A stretch of 64,000 bases of DNA from positions 79,281 to 143,280 of the forward strand of contig CAVUJU010000003.1 in NCBI GenBank assembly GCA_963741925.1. Direction: 5' to 3'. The stretch is from an uncultured Acidobacteriota bacterium. Lineage in GTDB: Bacteria > Acidobacteriota > Thermoanaerobaculia > Multivoradales > DATKCC01. The translations under genes and the position numbers were made by a program. Numbering within the stretch: the first letter of the stretch is position 1; the number at the start of each line of letters is the position of its first letter. The notes beneath the pieces were generated by a model that was not told where the DNA came from, did no database searches, and saw nothing but the letters and a program-made list of their open reading frames with translations. Shown piece after piece: positions 53,201-62,200 of the stretch.

Positions 53201-56200
53201 GACTACCTGGTGCCGGCGACGGTGACGGTGCTCGCCGAGCTGCCCCTGACCCCGAACGGCAAGGTGGACCGGCGGGCGCTGCCGGAGCCGGAGGCGCGGG
53301 CGAGCGCCGCGGGCGCTCCGGCCTTCGAGGCGCCGCGGACGCCCACCGAGGAGACCCTGGCGGGGCTCTGGCGCGAGCTCCTCGGCGTCGAGCGCGTCGG
53401 CCGCCACGACGACTTCTTCGCCCTCGGCGGACACTCGCTGCTGGTGATCCGGCTGGTGGCCCAGCTGCGGGACAGGCTCGGGGTCGAGCTGCCGGTGCGG
53501 GCGGTCTTCGAGGCCCCGACTCTCGCGCGCCTCGCCGCCGTCGTCGAGGCGGCGCCGCGGACCGGGGTGCCGCCGATCCTGCGGGTGGCCCGGGACCGTC
53601 CGCTGCCGCTCTCGTTCTCGCAGGAGCGGCTCTGGTTCCTGGACCAGATGGAGCCGGGGCGCGCCGGGTACAACCTGCCGGCGGCGGTGCGGCTGACCGG
53701 CCGGCTCGAGGTGGCCGCCCTCGCCCGCGCCCTGGGCGAGATCGTCCGCCGTCACGAGGCGCTCCGCACCCGGTTCGCGCAGCGCGGCGGGAGCCCGGTA
53801 CAGATCGTGGACCCGGCCCCCTCGGCCGGCTCGGTCGGGCTCCCTCTCGTCGACCTCGCGCCCCTTGGCGAGGCGCGCCGGAGCCGGGTCGCTCGGGCCC
53901 TGGGGGAGAGCGAGGCGGCCCGCCCCTTCGACCTGGAGAGGGGCCCGCTGGTGCGGAGCCTGCTCGTGCGTCTCGGCCGCGAGGAGCACGTGCTGGTCGT
54001 GACCATGCACCACGTGGTCTCCGACGGCTGGTCGATCGGGGTCTACCTCCGCGAGCTGGGGGCGCTCTACGGAGCGTTTCGCGAGGGGCGGCCGTCGCCG
54101 CTGCCCGAGCTGCCGGTCCAGTACCCGGACTTCGCGGCCTGGCAGCGGGGCTGGCTCTCGGGCGCTCTGCTCGCCGGGCGGCTGGCGCACTGGCGCGAGC
54201 GGCTGGCGGGGGCGCCGGAGCTGCTCGAGCTGCCCACCGACCGGCCGCGGCCGCCGCTCCAGAGCGAGCGCGGCGGCCAGCTCGCCTTCCAGGTGGCGCC
54301 GGCGGCCGCGGGACGCCTCCGGGAGCTGGCCCGGCGCGAGGGGGCGACGCTCTTCATGGCGCTCCTCGCGGTCTTCGACGCGTGGCTCCACCGCGTGACG
54401 GGGAGCGGCGACCTGGTGGTGGGCTCGCCGGTCGCCGGGCGGGTGCGGCCGGAGATCGAGGGCCTGATCGGGTTCTTCGTCAACACTCTGCCGCTGCGGG
54501 TCGAGCTCTCGGGGCGGGAGAGCTTCCGCGAGCTCCTGGGGCGGGCCCGGGACGCCGCCCTCGACGCCTTCGAGCACGAGGACGTGCCGTTCGAGAAGCT
54601 GGTCGAGGAGCTGCGGCCGCGCCGCGATCCGGCGCACAGCCCGGTCTTCCAGGTGCTGCTGGCGCTCCAGAACGCCCCCATGGGACGCCGGGAGCTCCCG
54701 GGGGTCGCGTTCGAGCCCCTGCCGCTCGCCGGCCGCACGGCCAAGTTCGACCTGACGATGGTCTTCGTCGAGCGCCCGGACGGCGGCCTCGCCGGCGGGC
54801 TCGAGTACAACCGGGACCTCTTCGACCCGACCACGGCCCGCCGGCTGGCCGGCCACCTGCGGAACCTCCTCGCGGCGGCGGTGGCGGCGCCGGATCGACG
54901 GGTGGGTGAGCTGGCGTGTCTCGGCGCCGCCGAGCGCCAGCAACTGCGGGAGTGGAACGACTCGGCCCGGGCCTACGAAGCGGGGAGCGGGGCGACGGTC
55001 GCTTCGCTGTTCGCGGCGCAGGCCGGACGGACGCCGGATGCGGTGGCGGTGGTCGCGGGCGGCGAGGCGCTCAGCTACGGCGAGCTCGCGCGGCGTTCGG
55101 CGGCGCTCGGAAGGCATCTCGCGGCGCTCGGAGTGCGCGCCGAGGCGCGGGTGGCGATCGCCGCCGAGCGTTCTCTCGAGATGGTGGTGGGGCTTCTGGG
55201 CATCCTCCGGGCGGGCGCCGCCTACGTGCCCCTCGATCCCTCCTATCCGGCGCAGCGGCTGCGCGCCATGATCCAGGACTCCGGAGCCCGAGTGCTTCTC
55301 GTGCCCCGCTCGCTCGCCCGAATCGCGGCGACCGTCGCCTCGCAGGCGGCCGCCGGCCCGACGCTCGTCTGGCTCGAGGCGGCACCGGCGGAGGCGGGCG
55401 CGGCGCTGGGCGGGCCGGAGCCCACGGAGTCGCCGGCCGCGGCGGAGCGCCTCGCCTACACGATCTTCACCTCGGGCTCCACCGGACGGCCGAAGGGGGC
55501 CATGAACCCCCACGCCGCGGTGGTGAACCGGCTTCTCTGGATGGTCGAGGAGCTGGGGATCGACGCCGGAGAGCGGTTCCTGCAGAAGACGCCGTTCGGC
55601 TTCGACGTCTCGGCGTGGGAGCTGTTCGTGCCGCTGGTGTCCGGTGCACGCCTGGAGATGGCGCGGCCGGACGGGCACCGGGATCCGGCCTACCTCGCGG
55701 CGCAGATCGTCGAGCGCGGCGTGACGACTGCCCATGCCGTGCCCTCCATGCTGCGCGAGCTGCTCGAGGTGCCGGGAGTGGAGCGGTGCGCGGCGAGCCT
55801 CCGGCGGGTGGTGGCGAGCGGCGAGGAGCTGACGCCGGATCTGGTGCTGCGCTTCCACCGGCGGCTGGGTGGCCCGGACGGCGCGGGCGGCCCGGACCTC
55901 CTCGATCTCTACGGTCCGACCGAGACGGCGATCGAGGTCACGTGGTGGCGCTGCCCGCCTCCCGGGGCGGGGGGCGAGACCGGGCCGGCGCCGCCGGTTC
56001 CGATCGGGCGCCCGGTGGCCAACGCCGCGATCCAGGTGGCGGACGCCGCCCTGCGACCGGTTCCGGTCGGGGTCTCGGGGGAGCTGCTGATCGGCGGGCG
56101 GCCGGTGGGGCGGGGCTACGTCGGACGGCCGGCGCAGACGGCGGAGCGGTTCGTGCCCGACCCGGTCTCCGAGGCGCCCGGGGCCCGGGTCTACCGGAGT

Positions 56201-59200
56201 GGGGACCTGGCGCGCCGGCGTCCGGACGGCGTCGTGGAGTTCCAGGGGCGGATCGACCAGCAGGTCAAGGTCCGAGGGGTACGGATCGAGCTGGGGGAGA
56301 TCGAGAGCGCTCTCGGCGAGCTCCCCGGCGTGCGCCAGGCGGCGGTGCTGGCGACCCTCGCCTCGGAGGCGGTCGGGGACCGGCGCCTGGTGGCCTTCGT
56401 GGTGCCGGAGGCCGGCGCCGCGCTCGACGCCGAGGCCCTGCGGACGCGGCTCGCCGGCCGTCTGCCCGAGGCCATGGTGCCGGCCGTCCTCGTCCGGCTC
56501 GATGAGCTGCCGCTCCTGACCAGCGGCAAGGTGGACCGCCGCCGCCTCGCCGCGATGGCGAGCGAGGGGGGCTGGCGGCCGGCCGGCGCCGCCTACCGGG
56601 CGCCGGAGACCCCGGTCGAGACCGAGCTCGCGACCCTCTGGGGGGGCCTGCTGGGCGCCGCCGGAGAAGGCACAGGAGACGGCGAGGGTGCCGGCGGCGG
56701 CCTCCGGGTGGGCCGCGACGACGACTTCTTCGCCCTCGGCGGACACTCGCTGCTGGTCACCCGGCTGGTGGCGCGCCTGCGCGAGAAGCTCGGCGTGGAG
56801 CTCCCGGTGCGGGCGGTCTTCGAGGCCCCGACCCTCGCGCGCCTCGCCGCCGTCGTCGAGGCGGCGCCGCGGACCGGGGTGCCGCCGATCCTACGGGTGG
56901 CCCGGGACCGTCCGCTGCCGCTCTCGTTCTCGCAGGAGCGGCTCTGGTTCCTGGACCAGATGGAGCCGGGGCGCGCCGGGTACAACCTGCCGGCGGCGGT
57001 GCGGCTGACCGGCCGGCTCGAGGTGGCCGCCCTCGCCCGCGCCCTGGGCGAGATCGTCCGCCGTCACGAGGCGCTCCGCACCCGGTTCGCGCAGCGCGGC
57101 GGAAGCCCGGTACAGATCGTGGACCCGGCCCCCCCGGCCGGCTCGGTCGGGCTCCCTCTCGTCGACCTCGCGCCCCTTGGCGAGGCGCGCCGGAGCCGGG
57201 TCGCTCGGGCCCTGGGCGAGAGCGAGGCGGCCCGACCCTTCGACCTGGCGAGGGGCCCGCTGGTGCGGAGCCTGCTCGTGCGTCTCGGCCGCGAGGAGCA
57301 CGTGCTGGTCGTGACCATGCACCACGTGGTCTCCGACGGCTGGTCGATCGGGGTCTACCTCCGCGAGCTGGGGGCGCTCTACGGAGCGTTTCGCGAGGGG
57401 CGGCCGTCGCCGCTTCCCGAGCTGCCGGTCCAGTACCCGGACTTCGCGGCCTGGCAGCGGGGCTGGCTCTCGGGCGCTCTGCTCGCCGGGCGGCTGGCGC
57501 ACTGGCGCGAGCGGCTGGCGGGGGCGCCGGAGCTGCTCGAGCTGCCCACCGACCGGCCGCGGCCGCCGCTCCAGAGCGAGCGCGGCGGCCAGCTCGCCTT
57601 CCAGGTGGCGCCGGCGGCCGCGGGACGCCTCCGGGAGCTGGCCCGGCGCGAGGGGGCGACGCTCTTCATGGCGCTCCTCGCGGTCTTCGACGCGTGGCTC
57701 TACCGCGTGACGGGGAGCGGCGACCTGGTGGTGGGCTCGCCGGTCGCCGGGCGGGTGCGGCCGGAGATCGAGGGCCTGATCGGGTTCTTCGTCAACACTC
57801 TGCCGCTGCGGGTCGAGCTCTCGGGGCGGGAGAGCTTCCGCGAGCTCCTGGGGCGGGCCCGGGACGCCGCCCTCGACGCCTTCGAGCACGAGGACGTGCC
57901 GTTCGAGAAGCTGGTCGAGGAGCTGCGGCCGCGCCGCGATCCGGCGCACAGCCCGGTCTTCCAGGTGCTGCTGGCGCTCCAGAACGCCCCCATGGGACGC
58001 CGGGAGCTCCCGGGGGTCGCGCTCGAGCCCCTGCCGCTCGCCGGCCGCACGGCCAAGTTCGACCTGACGATGGTCTTCGTCGAGCGCCCGGACGGCGGCC
58101 TCGCCGGCGGGCTCGAGTACAACCGGGACCTCTTCGATCCGACCACGGCCCGCCGGCTGGCCGGCCACCTGCGGAACCTCCTCGCGGCGGCGGTGGCCGG
58201 GCCGGAGACGCCGGTGTCCCGGCTGCCGCTGCTCGCGGCCGGGGAGCGCCGGCAGCTTCTCGGCGAGTGGAACGACACGGCGGCGGGGGATCCGGGCCGG
58301 CTCGCGGTCGAGGAGCTGTTCGCGGCGCAGGCGGCGAGGACGCCCGAGGCGGTGGCGGTGACGGCGGGAGGCTCGGCGCTCAGCTACCGGGAGCTCGAGC
58401 GCCGGGCGGCGGCGCTCGCCGGGTGCCTGCGGGCCGCCGGGGTCGGCCCGGAGACGCGGGTGGGCCTGTGCGTCGAGCGCTCGCTCGCCCTGCCGGTGGC
58501 GATGCTCGCGATCCTCGAGGCGGGCGGCGCTTACGTGCCGCTGGACCCGGGCTATCCCGCCGAGCGCCTGGGCTTCATGCTGGAGGACGCGGGCGTTTCG
58601 CTGCTGGTGGAGCCGGAGGAGCTGCTGGCGGCGCTGCCGGCCGGGGACCTGCCGGCGGTGCGGCTCGCCGCGGCCGGCCGCCGTCCGGCAGGCGGGGGGG
58701 CGGCGGCCGTGGCGCGGGCCGCTCGCGCGCCGGGGGGCGGCGAGCGCCTCGCCTACGTCATGTACACGTCGGGCTCGACGGGCCGGCCGAACGGGGTGGC
58801 GGTGGCGCACCGGGGGATCGTGCGCCTGGTGCGCGAGACCGGCTACGCGGAGCTCGGCCCCGGGGAGACCTTCCTCCAGCTCGCGCCGATCTCGTTCGAC
58901 GCGGCGACGCTGGAGGTGTGGGGGCCGCTGCTGAACGGCGGGCGCCTGGCGCTGTGTCCGCCGGGGGTGCCGTCGGTCGCCGAGCTCGGGCGGACGCTGG
59001 CGGCGGAGCGGGTGACGGCCCTGTGGTTGACGGCGGGTCTGTTCCACCAGGTGGTCGAGGACGACCTGCCGGCGCTGGCCGGGCTGCGCCAGATCCTGGC
59101 CGGCGGCGACGTGCTGGCGCCGGGGGCGGTCGAGCGGGTGCTCCGGGAGGTGCCGGGGTGCCGGGTGACGAACGGCTACGGGCCGACGGAGAACACGACG

Positions 59201-62200
59201 TTCACCACCTGTCACGGCATGGCTGCGGCGGCGGAGGATGGGTGGGGGCGTCCCGCCGCGGTCCGGTCGATCCCCATCGGGCGGCCGATCGCGAACACCC
59301 GGGTGCACGTGCTCGACCGCGGCCTCGAGCCGGTGCCGATCGGCGTGGCGGGGGAGCTGTGGGCGGCGGGGGCGGGGCTCGCGCGAGGGTACTGGGGGCG
59401 GCCGCGGCTCACCGCCGAGCGCTTCGCGCCGGACCCGTGGGGGGAGCGGCCGGGCGTGCGGCGGTACCGGACCGGCGACCGGGTCCGCCGGGCGGGGAGC
59501 GGCGAGCTCGAGTTCCTGGGGCGGATCGACCAGCAGGTCAAGATCCGGGGCTTCCGGATCGAGCCCGGGGAGGTCGAGGCGAGCCTGGCCGGGGAGGCGC
59601 GGGTGGCGGCGGCGGTGGTGGTGGCGCGCAAGGACGCCCCGGGCGGGGGCCGGCTGGACGCCTACGTGGTGGCCGCCGCGGGCGCGGCCGCCGAGGGCCT
59701 CGGCGCAAAGCTCCGGGCGGAGCTGGCGCGCCGGCTTCCCGACTACCTGGTGCCGGCGACGGTGACGGTGCTCGCCGAGCTGCCCCTGACCCCGAACGGC
59801 AAGGTGGACCGGCGGGCGCTGCCGGAGCCGGAGGCGCGGGCGAGCGCCGCGGGCGCTCCGGCCTTCGAGGCGCCGCGGACGCCCACCGAGGAGACCCTGG
59901 CGGGGCTCTGGCGCGAGCTCCTCGGCGTCGAGCACATCGGCCGCCACGACGACTTCTTCGCCCTCGGCGGGCACTCGCTGCTCGCCACCCGCCTGGTCTC
60001 TCGCATCCGGTCCGCCCTCGACGTCGACCTGCCGCTCCGGAGCCTGTTCGAAGCGCCGACCGTGGCGGACCTGGCAGGGAGCGTCGAGGCCCTGAGGGGC
60101 GACCCGGCGGCGGTGCCGGTTCCGCCCATCCGGCGGCGAGCGCGGACCGGGCCCCTGCCGCTCTCCTACGCCCAGGAGCGTCTCTGGTTCCTGGACCGCT
60201 TCGAGCCGGGGAGCTCCGCCTACAACATCCCGGCCGCCTTCCGGCTCGACGGGCGCCTCGACCTGCCGGGCCTGGCCGCCGCGCTCTCCGGGGTGATTCG
60301 CCGGCACGAGGCCCTGCGCACGACCTTCGAGAGCGGCGAGGACGGCCCGCGGCAGGTGGTCGGCCCTCCCGTCTCCCTCGCCCCTCCCCTGGTCGACCTG
60401 CAGGCGGTGCTCGGGCCGGCGGCCCGGGCCGACGGCGTCGATCCGCGGCTCGAGGCCCTGGCGCGGGAGGAGGCGGAGCGGCCGTTCGACCTCGGGCGCG
60501 GACCGCTGGTGCGCGCCACCGTCCTGCGCCTCGCGCCGCGGCGCCACGTGGTCTTCCTGACCTTCCACCACATCGTCGCCGACGGTTGGTCGATCGGGAT
60601 CTTCGTCCGCGAGCTGGCGGCGCTCTACCGGACGGCCTCCGAGGGCCGGCCGTCGCCCCTGCCCGAGCCGCCGGTGCAGTACGGCGACTTCGCCTCGTGG
60701 CAGCGCGAATGGCTCGCCGGCGGCGAGCTCGAGCGCCAGCTCGGCTACTGGCGCGAGCGCCTCGCCGGCGCGCCGGAGGTTCTCGAGCTGCCTACCGACC
60801 GGCCGCGGCCGTCGGTGGCGACGCCCCAGGGGCGCCGCCGGGCCACGGCCGTCGACCGCCACGTGACCGACGGGCTGCGGCGCCTCGCCCGCGAGGAGGG
60901 GACCACGCTCTTCGCGGTCCTGCTGGCGGCCTTCGACGTCCTCCTGCACCGCTACAGCGGCCAGGACGACCTGGTGGTGGGCTCGCCCATCGCCAACCGC
61001 AACCGGGAGGAGATCGAGGGGCTGGTCGGCGTCTTCGTCAACACCCTGGCCCTGCGGGTCGACCTCGCCGGCGCTCCGGGATTCCGGGAGCTGATCGGGC
61101 GGGTGCGGAAGGCGACCGCCGACGCCTACAGCCACCAGGACCTGCCGTTCGAGAAGCTGGTGGCGGAGCTGCGGCCGGCCCGCAACCGCAGCCACTCGCC
61201 GATCTTCCAGGTGATGCTCTCGCTCCACGACCTGGGCCTCGTGCGCACCGAGCTGCCGGGCCTCGCCCTCGCCCCCCTCGAGGTGCGGGGCGCGACCGCG
61301 AAGTTCGACCTGACCCTCGCCCTCACAGAGACGCCGGACGGGCTGCGGGGCGTTCTCGGCTACCGCTCCGCCCTGTTCGACGCCACCACCGTGGAGCGCA
61401 TGGGGCGTCAGCTCGACACCCTGCTGCGCGGAGCGCTCGAGGATCCGGACCGCCCGCTCCGCGCCCTGCCGCTGCTCGCTCCCGGCGAGGCCCATCAGAT
61501 CCTCGTCGCCTTCAACGAGACGCCGGCCCTGCCGCCGGCCACGGGCCCCGACGATCTCCTGATCCATCGCCTCGTGGCGGCGCGGGCGGCCGCTTCGCCC
61601 GATGCCGTGGCCCTGGTGCTGGACGGCGACCACCTGAGCTACGGCGCCCTGGCGGCGCGCGCGAGCCGCCTCGCCCGGCGCCTGCGCGCCGCGGGAGCCG
61701 GCCCCGGCGAGCGGGTCGCGGTCTGTCTCGAGCGCTCGTTCGACCAGATCGTCGCGGTGCTCGGCGCCCTCGAGGCCGGCGCGGCCTACCTGCCCCTCGA
61801 CCTGGCCTTCCCGGCCGATCGCCTCGCCTTCATGGTGGCGGACGCCCGCCCGGTGGCCCTGGTCACCCGGAGCGAGCACCTGGAGCTCTTCTCCGGCCTC
61901 GGAGCGGCCGAGCGGCCGGCGCCGATCCTGGTCGAAGCCGGGCAGGTGGAGGTCGCCGGCGCCGGCCCCTCGCCGTCGCCGGACGACCCCGCGTACGTCA
62001 TCTACACCTCCGGCTCGACCGGGAGGCCGAAAGGGGTGCTGGTCGCCCACCGCTCGCTCGCCGAGCGGCTGGCGGCGATCCGGGAGCTCTTCGCGTTCGG
62101 CCCCGGCGACCGGCAGCTCCAGTTCGCGTCGCTCTCCTTCGACCTGTCGTGCGACGAGGTCTTCCTCACCCTGACCTCCGGCGCGTCGCTGGTGCTCGAG

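Larger units (their letters stand above)
50350..53550 (+). other. NRPS module 1 (C1-A1-T1); the hand-derived A1 10-residue code is DALRLGGTFK, a Val-like code with R at position 278
   Basis: Code read by hand against the GrsA-PheA numbering from FDAATLE, ALRLTAG, ILAGGD, NGYGPTENTTF and the GK of PNGKVD. Confidence 0.6.
56905..60090 (+). other. NRPS module 3 (C3-A3-T3); the A3 code is DALWLGGTFK (Val-type)
   Basis: C3 is nearly identical to C2, and A3-T3 is nearly identical to A1-T1. ALWLTAG replaces ALRLTAG. Confidence 0.6.
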
